Shown here piece after piece: positions 1 through 8,840 of a stretch of 64,000 bases of DNA; position 1 is the first letter of the stretch; each line of letters opens with the position of its first letter. The position numbers and the translations under genes were made by a program. Below the pieces are notes generated by a model. That model did not search any database, was not told where the DNA came from, and saw only the letters and a list, made by a program, of their open reading frames with translations. The DNA lies in NCBI GenBank assembly GCA_018262985.1, contig JADFDI010000002.1, positions 198,532 to 262,531 on the forward strand, written 5' to 3'. The stretch is from Spirochaetota bacterium. Lineage in GTDB: Bacteria; Spirochaetota; Spirochaetia; Treponematales; UBA12059.

Positions 1-11
1 TCGCTTCGCGG

Positions 12-629
12 TCACGGCAGTTCCTCCCTCGCGACCATGCGATCGACGGGCGCTGCCGCGCCGGCCGCGTCGAGGGCCGCGCGGTCGAGGGCGTCCGCCC
101 GTTCGCGCAAAGCGGCCAGCACGCGCGACTTCGCGTCGGCGAAAGGAGCGTCGTCCGCCAGGTCGAAACGCTTCTCGGTGGACGCGTCGTCGAGTTCCTC
201 GAGGTAGAGCCCCACCAGGTCGACGCATTCCCCGGCGGCGTGGTCGGCGCGCGGGTCGCGCGTGCCCGCCTTCTCGCTGGCGGCCAGGTACGCGGAGGCG
301 CGGAGCGCGCAGAGCGAGACCGCCCTGGCCACGTCCGGGTCGGCGACGCGCAGCGTGGCCAGCCTGTCGCGCGTGGCCTTGACCGCGGCGAGCGCGGCGC
401 GGTTCCCGGCCGCCATGCGGCGCTCCGCCTCGCGGGCGGCCGCTTTCGGGCCAAGGCCCGTCGCGAGCGCCGCCGCGTTCAGCGCGACGAAAAGGGCGCC
501 TCCCGCCCCGAGCCCCGCGCCCCAGGCGCCGCCCAGACCGACGGCTACGGCGACGACTGCCGAGGCCGCGGCGGAGCCGAGCCCCGGAGGCGAGGCCAAG
601 AAGTCGCGGAAATACGAGCGGGCGTCCAT
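12..629 (-). CDS. Hypothetical membrane protein with two N-terminal Gly/Ala-rich TM helices and a helical Ala/Arg/Asp-rich domain; topology and size reminiscent of XpaC-type proteins
   Basis: Frame of track ORF 12..848. Start taken at Met74 (ATG 629..627), which shares one nt with the TGA of the upstream nitroreductase (TGATG). Residues upstream of Met74 are Arg/Pro/Gly junk. The XpaC resemblance is from memory of size and topology only. Confidence 0.5.
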   Translation of the reverse strand: MDARSYFRDFLASPPGLGSAAASAVVAVAVGLGGAWGAGLGAGGALFVALNAAALATGLGPKAAAREAERRMAAGNRAALAAVKATRDRLATLRVADPDVARAVSLCALRASAYLAASEKAGTRDPRADHAAGECVDLVGLYLEELDDASTEKRFDLADDAPFADAKSRVLAALRERADALDRAALDAAGAAAPVDRMVAREELP

Positions 630-1384
630 CACTCGCCTTCCCGGGCGGGAAGCTTGCCCGCGGGCGCCGCGTAAATCGCGAACTCGTCGACGCCGTCGAG
701 CCCCAGGAAGGCGTCCAGCTTTTCCTGGTCGTAGGCGCCGATGGCGCAGGTACCCGCCCCGATCGACTCGCAGGCCAGGTAGAGGTTCTGGCAGGCGTGG
801 CCCGCGTCGAGCAGGGTCAACTTGTGGGACACGGGGCCGTAGCGCCACTCGTTGCGGTAGGGCACGGCGGCCCAGACGAAGACCGCTGCCGCGCCCCAGA
901 GCTGGTCGAGCAGGGCCGCGTCGAGCTCGGCCTTGAGCTCGCCCGGGCGGACGAGCCTCAGGGCGTGCGCGGTTCCTTCATAGTAATAGAGGCCTTCCGG
1001 CACGCCCTCGACGCGCGAAACGTAGACGTAGAGCTCGAAGGGGTGACGGGCGCCGCCCGAAGGAGCGGTGCGGAAGGCGAACTTCCCCCGCGCCTCGCGC
1101 ACGCCGTCGGCCGCCCAGCACAGGTACGAAGCTTCTTTGAGGGACAGCGGCGCGTCCGCGAATTTCCGCCGGCTCTTCCGGGTCCGGAACAGCTGGAGGA
1201 GGGGCGGGCCGACGGGCTCGAGACTGGCCGGATGGGGCAGGGCGATCCGCGTCGCGCCTTCGGGAGCCGGCTTTTCCAGAGGCGGCGCCGCGACGCCCTT
1301 CTTCTGGTCCGACTCGAAGCCCCGCTCCAGCAGGTGCCAGTTGGCCTTCAGGAAGCTCCTGCCAGCCTCGTACTTCTCCGCCAT
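629..1384 (-). CDS. SagB/ThcOx-type nitroreductase-family dehydrogenase
   Basis: Last 251 codons of track ORF 629..3085, starting MAEKYEAGRSF. Nitroreductase-fold motifs are present: RKSRRKF, RTAPSGGARHPFELYV, GLYYY, LLDAGHACQNLYLA, AIGAYD. Confidence 0.8.
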   Translation of the reverse strand: MAEKYEAGRSFLKANWHLLERGFESDQKKGVAAPPLEKPAPEGATRIALPHPASLEPVGPPLLQLFRTRKSRRKFADAPLSLKEASYLCWAADGVREARGKFAFRTAPSGGARHPFELYVYVSRVEGVPEGLYYYEGTAHALRLVRPGELKAELDAALLDQLWGAAAVFVWAAVPYRNEWRYGPVSHKLTLLDAGHACQNLYLACESIGAGTCAIGAYDQEKLDAFLGLDGVDEFAIYAAPAGKLPAREGE

Positions 1385-1548
1385 GATTCCCTCCCCGGGC
1401 GCCGGAACCGAGGGTCCGGATTCGCCCCGTCGGACGGTAGTATCGCCCGTTTCCGGTCGAAAGCGGAAGCCCTCGCGCCGATTTCCCGCGCGTCGAGCGC
1501 CGGAATCCGCCGCCCGTTCCCCCGCTGGCGTTCCTCCGGCCGTCCCTG

Positions 1549-1554
1549 TATACT
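1549..1554 (+). promoter_or_regulatory. Candidate -10 element (TATACT) upstream of glyQS
   Basis: TATACTCCCC lies 79 nt before the glyQS ATG. The same 10-mer precedes tyrS. No convincing -35 was found. Confidence 0.25.
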
Positions 1555-1633
1555 CCCCCCGTCGCCGCCGCCTGCCGGCGAACACCAGCACCCCGCAGCC
1601 TCCGATCCGGGGGGCCAGCGGAAGGAGATCCAC

Positions 1634-2992
1634 ATGTCCGACCCTGAACGCGCCGTCACCATGGAGAAGCTCACGTCGCTCGCCAAGCGGCGCGGCTTCG
1701 TCTTCCAGTCCTCCGAGATCTACGGCGGCCAGTCCGGCGCCTGGGACTACGGTCCCCTCGGCATCGAGCTCAAGAACCGCGTCCAGCGCTTCTGGTGGAA
1801 GGAAATGACCCAGCTCCACGACGACATCGTCGGGCTGGACGCCGCCATCCTCATGCACCCCCGCGTCTGGGAAGCCTCGGGCCACGTCGCCAACTTCACC
1901 GACCCGCTCGTCGACTGCAAGAAGTGCAAGACCCGCTTCCGCGCCGACCAGATCCCCGAGGAGAACCTCGCGCAGAAGAAGTGCCCCGACTGCGGCGGCG
2001 AGCTCACCGACACCCGCAAGTTCAACCTGATGTTCAAGACCAACATCGGCCCCGTGGACGACGGCTCGGGCCTCATCTACCTGCGCCCCGAGACCGCGCA
2101 GGGCATCTACGTCAACTACAAGAACATCGTCCAGTCCAACCGCATGAAGATCCCCTTCGGCATCGCGCAGGTGGGCAAGGCGTTCCGCAACGAGATCGTC
2201 ACCAAGAACTTCATCTTCCGCACCTGCGAGTTCGAGCAGATGGAGATGCAGTACTTCGTCAAGCCGGGCGACGACGAGAAGTTCTTCGACTACTGGCGCC
2301 AACAGCGCTGGGCCTACTTCGAGAAGCTCGGCGTCCGCATGGACAGGCTCCGCTGGCACCGCCACGGCCCGGACGAGCTCGCGCACTACGCCAAGGACGC
2401 CTACGACATCGAGTACGAGTTCCCCATGGGCTGGAAGGAGCTCGAGGGCGTGCACAACCGCACCGACTTCGACCTGAAGCGCCACCAGGAATTCTCCGGC
2501 AAGGACATGCAGTACATCGACCAGGAGAACGGCAACGAGCGCTTCGTACCCTACATCATCGAAACCTCCGCCGGCCTCACGCGCCAGGTGCTCATGCTCC
2601 TCTCCGACGCCTACGAGGAGGAGAAGGTCGCCGACAAGGGCAACGAGGACGACTGGCGCACGGTCATGAAGTTCCACCCCCTCGTCGCGCCCGTCACCGT
2701 CGCGGTCCTGCCGCTCATGAAGAAGGACGGCCTCGCCGAGCTCGCGCAGGAGATCCGCCAGGGCCTCAAGGAAGACTACGCCACCGACTACGACCAGGCC
2801 GGCGCCATCGGCCGCCGCTACCGCCGCCAGGACGAGGCCGGCACGCCCTACTGCGTCACCATCGACTACGACACCAAGGAGAACGGCACCGTCACCGTGC
2901 GCGACCGCGACTCCATGGAGCAGGAGCGCGTCCACAAGGACGAGCTGGGCGCGTACCTCAGGAACAAGATCAAGGCCTACAGGCGGAAGTAA
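1634..2992 (+). CDS. glyQS: Glycine--tRNA ligase (single-chain, dimeric class II type)
   Basis: Starts MSDPERAVTMEKLTSLAKRRGFVFQSSEIYGG at Met280 of track ORF 797..2992. GGAAGGAG lies 6 nt upstream. The sequence is class II GlyRS throughout (FRNEI, GAIGRRYRRQDEAGTPYCVTIDYDT). Confidence 0.95.
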   Translation: MSDPERAVTMEKLTSLAKRRGFVFQSSEIYGGQSGAWDYGPLGIELKNRVQRFWWKEMTQLHDDIVGLDAAILMHPRVWEASGHVANFTDPLVDCKKCKTRFRADQIPEENLAQKKCPDCGGELTDTRKFNLMFKTNIGPVDDGSGLIYLRPETAQGIYVNYKNIVQSNRMKIPFGIAQVGKAFRNEIVTKNFIFRTCEFEQMEMQYFVKPGDDEKFFDYWRQQRWAYFEKLGVRMDRLRWHRHGPDELAHYAKDAYDIEYEFPMGWKELEGVHNRTDFDLKRHQEFSGKDMQYIDQENGNERFVPYIIETSAGLTRQVLMLLSDAYEEEKVADKGNEDDWRTVMKFHPLVAPVTVAVLPLMKKDGLAELAQEIRQGLKEDYATDYDQAGAIGRRYRRQDEAGTPYCVTIDYDTKENGTVTVRDRDSMEQERVHKDELGAYLRNKIKAYRRK

Positions 2993-3010
2993 GCGCGAAA
3001 TTCCACGAGA

Positions 3011-3042
3011 CGGGCCGTCCGAGAGGGCGGCCCGGTTTTTTT
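3011..3042 (+). terminator. Rho-independent terminator of glyQS
   Basis: CGGGCCG (3011-3017) pairs with CGGCCCG (3028-3034). It is followed by G plus T7 (3036-3042), 19 nt after the TAA. Confidence 0.8.
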
Positions 3043-3270
3043 CCGGGCGCGTCCGGGCTTCGCCCGGTCGGGTCCTCCGCTCCAATCTCCGCCCCGCGAT
3101 GCCGGACCCCGGCGCGGTCTCCCTCCGGGAGCCCGCGCTTTTTCTTCAATGGTGCGGGGCGGAGTATTTCCGCTCGGCCCCTCGCGCGAATCCATGCGCG
3201 GTCCTGACTCCGGCGCCCCCTCCGGGCTATCATGATCCCGGGCGCCCGTACGCCCCGGAGGCCGTTCCCC

Positions 3271-4317
3271 ATGAATCCCCGTTTCTACTTCGCGACCTGC
3301 CAGGCCGGGGCCGAGAAGGCCGTGAAGGCCGAGATCCTCGCCGAGCTTCCCTCGCTTCGCTTCTCGTTCTCGCGCCCGGGCTTCGTCACCTTCAAGGAAG
3401 CCGAGGGCGGAGGGGCGCCCCACGTCCTCGAGCGCGCGGTCTTCGTCCGGCTCTGGGGCGAGGCCCTCGGGCAGGCGAAGGACGCGGTCGCGCTCGCGGC
3501 CCTCGTCGCGGGCCTTCCTGCGGGCGCGTGCCTCCAGGCGTTCGACCGCGACCAGTACCTGCCCGGCGAGGAACCGCCGGGGTACGCGCCGGGCGGACAT
3601 ATCGCCGCGCTCCTTTCCGGCCTCGGGCTTCCGCCCGCCGGGAAGCTCCCGCGCCCCGGCGAGGCGGTGTACAGCCTGATCTGGGTGGACGACTTCCACG
3701 TCTTCCTCGGCCGGCACGTCCACACGGAGAAGCTCTCGGGTTTCCCGGGCAACCGCGTCGACCTCGCGTTGCCGCCCGAGGCGCCGTCGCGGGCCTGGCT
3801 CAAGCTCGAGGAGGCCATCGCGCGCTTCAAGCCCGTCGTGCCGCAGGGCGCCGTCGCGCTCGAGGTGGGCTGCGCGCCCGGCGGCGCGAGCACGGCCCTC
3901 CTGGATCGCGGCTTCACGGTGACGGGCGTCGACCCCCAGCACGTGGACGAGCGGGTCTTCAGGCGACCGGGTTTCGGCCTCCTCCGCAAGCAGGCGCGCT
4001 TCCTCGACGAGGCCGACCTGCGCCGCTGCAATCCGGACTGGCTCGTCATGGACATGAGCATCGCGCCGCTCGAGGCGCTCGACGAGCTCGCCCACGTGGT
4101 GGGCCTGCTGCGGAAGGTCCATGGCGCCGGGTTGCGGCTCCGCCACGGCTTCCTGACCCTCAAGCTCAACGACCGGAGCTTCGCGTCGAGCATCCCGCTC
4201 TACCTGAAGCGCGTCGAGCGCCTGGGCTTCCGCGACCTGCGAGCCCTGCAACTCTGCGCCAACCGCCAGGAATTCTTCGTCTGGGCGCCGCGCTTCGAGG
4301 CCAGGCCGGGAACCTGA
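3271..4317 (+). CDS. RlmM-like SAM-dependent rRNA 2'-O-ribose methyltransferase (THUMP-like N-domain + FtsJ-like domain)
   Basis: Start at Met14 (MNPRFYFATCQAGAEKAV). PSRAWLKLEEAI and LEVGCAPGGAS match E. coli RlmM PSRSTLKLEEAF and DLGACPGGW in order and spacing (from memory). Confidence 0.7.
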   Translation: MNPRFYFATCQAGAEKAVKAEILAELPSLRFSFSRPGFVTFKEAEGGGAPHVLERAVFVRLWGEALGQAKDAVALAALVAGLPAGACLQAFDRDQYLPGEEPPGYAPGGHIAALLSGLGLPPAGKLPRPGEAVYSLIWVDDFHVFLGRHVHTEKLSGFPGNRVDLALPPEAPSRAWLKLEEAIARFKPVVPQGAVALEVGCAPGGASTALLDRGFTVTGVDPQHVDERVFRRPGFGLLRKQARFLDEADLRRCNPDWLVMDMSIAPLEALDELAHVVGLLRKVHGAGLRLRHGFLTLKLNDRSFASSIPLYLKRVERLGFRDLRALQLCANRQEFFVWAPRFEARPGT

Positions 4318-4402
4318 GCGGGCCCGCGCGACACGATTGGTCCGACGTCTTGTACCGCCCGGCGGACCGTGGCATCATGCCTGACGGAACAAGGAGCCGC
4401 CC

Positions 4403-5620
4403 GTGGGCATCACCCTCAAAATCCTCGTCGCCATCGCGTTCTACCTGGCCTCCGCAGGCTTTGCGGTCCTGTTCGGAACCCTCGCGCTGAAGGGCGAGGA
4501 CGAGAAGCAGGAGCGGCTCGCGCGTTTCGGTCGCCGCATGTCGCTCCTCCGCATCGCGGGTCTCGTCCTCGTCGTGCTCGGCGACGACTTCAACCCGCTC
4601 CTCGACGCGGCGGCGCTCACCCTGGCCTCCGGCGCGATTCCCCTCTTCTACGCCGCCACGCTCGGCGCCTACCTGGCGCCGCTCGTCGCGTTCCACGCCC
4701 TGACGGGCGCCGTCGCCGCTCGCTACCTGAACCGGATACGCGGCACGAGCATGAAGGCTTCCGCGCAGGCGGCGCGCGCCGCGGCGAGCGTGACCGCCAT
4801 GATGCTCGCCTGGCTGGCCATCTACGCGGGCAGGGAGCTGCTTCCGCGCTTCGTCCCGTCCGCGCCGCTCCGCTTCGCCGCCATGGCGGCCTGGGCGGTC
4901 CTCGTGCTTTCAGCGTCCGCCTGGCTCAACCACGCGCTCGCCCGGCGCTCGAAAAAGCGCCGGCGCGACGAGGAAGGGCGGCTCCTGCCCCGGGTGTCCG
5001 CGCTCGCCTCGCGCGCGGGCGTGAGGCTTTCGCGCTTCGTCTACTACGACACCGGGGAGGAGCGCGTCGCGAACGCCTTCGCCTCGGGGCTCCTCCGCCC
5101 GACGGTCTCGGTATACAGCCACCTCGAGCGCAACCTCGAGCCCGAGGAATTCGACGCGATCGTCGCCCACGAACTCGCGCACCTCAAAGGCCGGCACGAA
5201 GCATCGCGAACCCTCGTCGCCTCGCTCGGCATCGGCGTCTTCCTGCTGATCTCCGAGGCCGCCGGTAAGGCTTTCGACATGCCGCGCGCGATCTCGCTCG
5301 CGGTCGACATCTACCTGATCGTCGTGTTCGTGCAGATCCTGCCCGGCTTCGTCTACAGATTACAGGAGCGCCGAGCCGACGCCTTCGCCGCCCGCCTCGT
5401 CGCGTCGCCCGCCGTGACGGCCTCCGCGCTCCGCAAGGTCTACGCCCTCAACGACTCCGACGGGTCGAGGCAGTCGCGCAGGAACGGCCCCGCCCACCCC
5501 GCGCTCCGCAAGCGCCTCGCTGCGCTGGGGGACGAAGGGGAAGCCGATGCCGAAAATGCCATGGTCGAACCGGCTCCGTCCGGGAAGGACGCCGAAGGGA
5601 GCGTTCAGGGCGGCCCTTGA
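4403..5620 (+). CDS. M48-family (HtpX-like) membrane zinc metallopeptidase
   Basis: GTG start preceded by AAGGAG. Several N-terminal TM helices. HEXXH motif as AHELAHLKGRHE. Confidence 0.8.
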   Translation: MGITLKILVAIAFYLASAGFAVLFGTLALKGEDEKQERLARFGRRMSLLRIAGLVLVVLGDDFNPLLDAAALTLASGAIPLFYAATLGAYLAPLVAFHALTGAVAARYLNRIRGTSMKASAQAARAAASVTAMMLAWLAIYAGRELLPRFVPSAPLRFAAMAAWAVLVLSASAWLNHALARRSKKRRRDEEGRLLPRVSALASRAGVRLSRFVYYDTGEERVANAFASGLLRPTVSVYSHLERNLEPEEFDAIVAHELAHLKGRHEASRTLVASLGIGVFLLISEAAGKAFDMPRAISLAVDIYLIVVFVQILPGFVYRLQERRADAFAARLVASPAVTASALRKVYALNDSDGSRQSRRNGPAHPALRKRLAALGDEGEADAENAMVEPAPSGKDAEGSVQGGP

Positions 5621-5676
5621 TTCCCGGAGCGGGCGCGGTACACTGCCGTAATCGGGAAAACCGCGAGGAGGCTCCC

Positions 5677-6216
5677 ATGCGAAAAACCGCGATCGCCGCC
5701 CTCGTGCTGCTCGCGCTCGCCGCGAGCGCGCACGCCCAGTTCCTCTTCTCCGCCCGGGGCGTCGGCTACCTGGGCCGGGACGGCCTCATGCCGGGAGGCG
5801 GCGTCGGCTTCGAGAGCGCCTGGCGGAGCTTCTTCTCCGAGGGGCCCGGTCGGGTGAGCGTCCTCTCCGTCGGCCTCGAGTTCCTTTCGGTGCCCTCGGC
5901 CCCCGGCCTCGAGCCCGGCGGCGGTTTCGTCATGCCGTTCGAGATCAAGGAGCGCATCCTCGTCGACGAGCGCTCGGCCTGGGTCCTCGGCGCGGGCGGC
6001 GCGCTCGTCATGCTCGACGCGGAAGCCGTCGACGAATGGGGCTACCAGTACACGGAGTACACCTCCGGCGGAGCGGTCTACGCCCAGGGCGGCCGCCTGT
6101 GGCTGGTCGCCCCGCAGGTCGCGTTCGGCCTGGAAGCCCGCGTCGGCGCCCTCTTCGCCGACGGCGGCCCGTACCCCTTCCTGGGCGTCGTCGCCGGTAT
6201 CGGAATCATCTTCTAG
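5677..6216 (+). CDS. Small secreted outer-membrane beta-barrel-type protein
   Basis: Start at MRKTAIAALVLLALAASAHA/Q (signal peptide). Alternating beta-strand pattern. C-terminal Phe (GIGIIF). Confidence 0.6.
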   Translation: MRKTAIAALVLLALAASAHAQFLFSARGVGYLGRDGLMPGGGVGFESAWRSFFSEGPGRVSVLSVGLEFLSVPSAPGLEPGGGFVMPFEIKERILVDERSAWVLGAGGALVMLDAEAVDEWGYQYTEYTSGGAVYAQGGRLWLVAPQVAFGLEARVGALFADGGPYPFLGVVAGIGIIF

Positions 6217-6278
6217 CGGCCGGCCCCGCCCGATCGGCGCGGCCGGCCCGTCGCTACCGCAAAGCCGCGGAATCGGCG

Positions 6279-7226
6279 TCAACGATCCGCCATAAGTTCC
6301 CGTTGCCGCGCCGCCGCCTCGAGCGGCAGCACGAAGGCGTGCGCGACCGCGAGGCAATGGAAGGCCGAGACGAACATGAGGGCCAGGTTCGGGCCGGCGC
6401 GCATGCGGTCGAGGGCGTCGCGCACGAGGAACACGAAGCCCGTGGCGAAGGCGAGGGTCGCCGCCGCCCCGAGCGCGGTTCCGTAGTAGGAGAAGGCGCG
6501 GCGGGCGGCGCCGAGCGCTGGCTTGGATGCTCCGGGCGAGCGCAGGGCCGCGAGCGAGCGGGCGAAGGTGCCCGGCCGATGCCCCGCGAGGAGCAGGCCG
6601 AGCGCGGTGAAGGCCACGAGGACCAGGGCCGCCGCGTCGACGAAGAGCCACCCGAGGAAGGCGCGCGGCTTGAACGCTAAGACCGAGAGAAGGACGAGCG
6701 CGACACCCGCGGCATAGCGCCCGGCCGACCACGGCGCGACGGGCGCGGTCCCGGTCGGAGCGCTTTTCGGCGCGCCATCTTCCGTCACTGCCGCCCGCGC
6801 CTCGGCGATCGTCCGCCTGAGGGGGAGGACGAAGACCTCGCGCCCTACGAGGGCAACAAGGGCGGGAGCCATGGCCCAGGCCAGGTTCGGCCAGATGGCC
6901 GCCTTGTCAGCGAGGTTCTTCATCATGTCGGTGAGCTGGACGACGAAGAGCATCGCCGCGCCGAGGACCAGGGATCGTTCGATCGCCTCGAGCGACGCTT
7001 CCGCCGCGTCCAGCCCGCGGACGTCGGCATCCTCGCCTCCGCGGGCGAGGGCGGTCCGGAGCGCGGCGAAGCCCGGGCCGGCGAGCAGCACCCCGATCGG
7101 GGCGACGAGGACCGCCGCGAGCGGCAGGAGCTCGAGGGGCGATCCGAAATCGCCGCCCGTCAGGAACACCGCCGCCACGATGCCGGCGGCGACGGCCAGG
7201 GAGCCGAGCGCCAAACGAATTTTCAT
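6279..7226 (-). CDS. Polytopic membrane protein with an internal duplication
   Basis: Start at MKIRLALGSL (Met11 of track ORF). The two halves align, e.g. EVFVLPLRRTIAEAR versus HAFVLPLEAAARQRE. Lies downstream of the ECF sigma/anti-sigma pair. Confidence 0.6.
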   Translation of the reverse strand: MKIRLALGSLAVAAGIVAAVFLTGGDFGSPLELLPLAAVLVAPIGVLLAGPGFAALRTALARGGEDADVRGLDAAEASLEAIERSLVLGAAMLFVVQLTDMMKNLADKAAIWPNLAWAMAPALVALVGREVFVLPLRRTIAEARAAVTEDGAPKSAPTGTAPVAPWSAGRYAAGVALVLLSVLAFKPRAFLGWLFVDAAALVLVAFTALGLLLAGHRPGTFARSLAALRSPGASKPALGAARRAFSYYGTALGAAATLAFATGFVFLVRDALDRMRAGPNLALMFVSAFHCLAVAHAFVLPLEAAARQRELMADR

Positions 7227-7252
7227 CTTCCACCTCCGTTCATGATTCGCCG

Positions 7253-7606
7253 TCATCTGCCCGATCCGAAGGGCGCGAGCAGGCCGGCGCCCTTCGCCAG
7301 CTCGCCGAACGTATCCACCATGAGGTACAGCCCGGGAACGTCCACGCGGACCGGCCGCGGCGCGAGCGCCCCCGCGGCCAGCGCCGCGATCGAGGCCGCG
7401 GCGGCCAGGGCCGGTCCCACGACGCCGCGCGGAGCGCGGCGGGCTCTGTACGCGACCGGGTTTCCGCCTTCGGCCGCTCCGACCGGGGCCGGCGCTTCCG
7501 CGGAGCGCGCCGGAGCGCGGTTTTCGGATGCCGCGATTTCCGCGGCGTAAAAGTCCCTGAGGAGCCGTTCCGCATCGAAGCCGTCACTCGCCGGTCGTCG
7601 CCTCAT
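7253..7606 (-). CDS. Putative anti-sigma factor (single TM helix)
   Basis: Start MRRRPASDGF. Its ATG overlaps the sigma-factor TGA (ATGA). One hydrophobic helix (VVGPALAAAASIAALAAGALA). Position is typical for an ECF anti-sigma factor. Confidence 0.5.
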   Translation of the reverse strand: MRRRPASDGFDAERLLRDFYAAEIAASENRAPARSAEAPAPVGAAEGGNPVAYRARRAPRGVVGPALAAAASIAALAAGALAPRPVRVDVPGLYLMVDTFGELAKGAGLLAPFGSGR

Positions 7607-8151
7607 CCGATTTCCCTCCGGTGACGCCGTTCCAGGGCACGTTTCAGTCCCGCGATCCGCCACTTGACCGTGCCGAGCGGGAGAGCGAGGAGTTCCGCGA
7701 TCCGCGGATAGGCGAGGTCTTCGGCGTAGGCCAGGTGGAGGAGCTCGCGGTCGCGGTCGGCCAGCGTCGCCAGGAAGCGGCGCACGAAGACGCGCTCCGC
7801 TTCTCGGAGGGCGAGCCCCTCCGGCCCGGGCTGCGGCGAGCTCGCGGCGGCGATCGCCTCGTCCGGATCGCGGCGCGGGTCGAGGCGCCGGGCCGCCTCG
7901 CGCTTCAGGGCGCGCGTCGCGTCGATGGCCGCGTTGCGGGCGACTCGGTAGGCCCAGGCGCGAGCGGCTTCCTCGCCTTCGGGCGCCGCGGAGAGGAAGG
8001 CGTGCCGGATTTTCGAAAGCGCGTCCTCGCGGTCCTCCGGCGAGAGCGCGCGGAAGGAGCGGAGGTAGACTTCGAGCCGGGCTTCCATCGCCCGCCAGAG
8101 CCCGGGGGCGTCGCGCTCGCGCGCGTTTCCTGCTGCCATCGCTTCCATCAC
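7603..8151 (-). CDS. ECF-type RNA polymerase sigma factor (sigma-70 family)
   Basis: Region 2 (AWAYRVARNAAIDATR) and region 4 (LAYAEDLAYPRIAELLALPLGTVKWRIAGLKRAL) signatures. Confidence 0.85.
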   Translation of the reverse strand: MMEAMAAGNARERDAPGLWRAMEARLEVYLRSFRALSPEDREDALSKIRHAFLSAAPEGEEAARAWAYRVARNAAIDATRALKREAARRLDPRRDPDEAIAAASSPQPGPEGLALREAERVFVRRFLATLADRDRELLHLAYAEDLAYPRIAELLALPLGTVKWRIAGLKRALERRHRREIG

Positions 8152-8215
8152 TCGGTACGACGACGGTCGGGCGCCGGCGGTTGGAGGATTCCGCGAGCCC
8201 GGCCCGACGTCCTGG

Positions 8216-8587
8216 TCAGACGTACTGGTCGAACAGGATCCTGTTGCCGTCCGGATCCTCGAGCGTGAAGCTCGCGGGACCTTTCCCGGCTTCGTCGGCC
8301 TCGCTCGTCAGGCGCAATCCCTTTTCCTTGAGCCGCTTCTGGATGGTCCGGATGTCGTCGAAGCGCGGCAGCTCCTTCGCGTACTGGTCCCAGCCGGGGC
8401 TGAAGGTGAGGAGGTTCCCCTCGAACATGCCCTTGAAGAGCCCGATGACGGTCGTGCCGCTCCGCATGATCAGCCAGCCCTGGCCGGCGTCGCCGCCTGA
8501 TGGCTCGAAGCCGAGCGCCTCATAGAAGCGCCTTGAAGCGTCGAGATCCTTGACCGAGAGGCTCACCGAGAAGGCGCCGATTTCCAT
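8216..8587 (-). CDS. VOC/glyoxalase-family protein
   Basis: 123 aa. Contains VKDLDASRRFYEALGFE and a FTLEDPDGNRILFDQ ending, typical of the glyoxalase/bleomycin-resistance fold. Confidence 0.85.
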   Translation of the reverse strand: MEIGAFSVSLSVKDLDASRRFYEALGFEPSGGDAGQGWLIMRSGTTVIGLFKGMFEGNLLTFSPGWDQYAKELPRFDDIRTIQKRLKEKGLRLTSEADEAGKGPASFTLEDPDGNRILFDQYV

Positions 8588-8719
8588 AAAGACCTCCTGC
8601 CGTGGACTGCTTCAGTATACGCCCTTCCGGGTCCGCCGCCCGCCGGTCGCGGCGGCGCACGGAACGAGGGAAGCGCTCGCGTCGAACGCGCGAGGGATCG
8701 AAGCGGAAAGACCGGACGG

Positions 8720-8750
8720 CCAGGAGGGCGGCCGCAGGGCGCCCTCCTGG
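8720..8750 (-). terminator. Strong hairpin downstream of the ABC-2/EEP operon (possible terminator)
   Basis: CCAGGAGGGCG and CGCCCTCCTGG form a perfect 11-bp stem with a 9-nt loop. On the minus strand it is followed by a moderately U-rich stretch (CCGUCCGGUCUUUCCGCUU). No clean U-tract. Confidence 0.35.
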
Positions 8751-8840
8751 CAGGAGGACTTGGAGCGGAGAGCCCGACGGCGGGCCGTCGAGGGAATCAC
8801 GGTCTTCGCCAGTCGGAGGGGCGGCCCGCCGGCGCGCCCC

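Noticed and set aside
1385-1633. T-box leader upstream of glyQS (and tyrS, 31969..32030)
   Set aside because: No T-box consensus (AGGGTGGNACCGCG-like), specifier-loop architecture or terminator/antiterminator pair is visible. The leaders are short.
1385-3085. The 5' two-thirds of the 818-aa minus-strand track ORF (629..3085) running antisense to glyQS
   Set aside because: Only the last 251 codons look like a real protein (the SagB-type enzyme). The rest is Arg/Gly/Ala/Val/Asp-rich shadow sequence of the kind GC-rich DNA produces opposite a true gene. glyQS explains the region.
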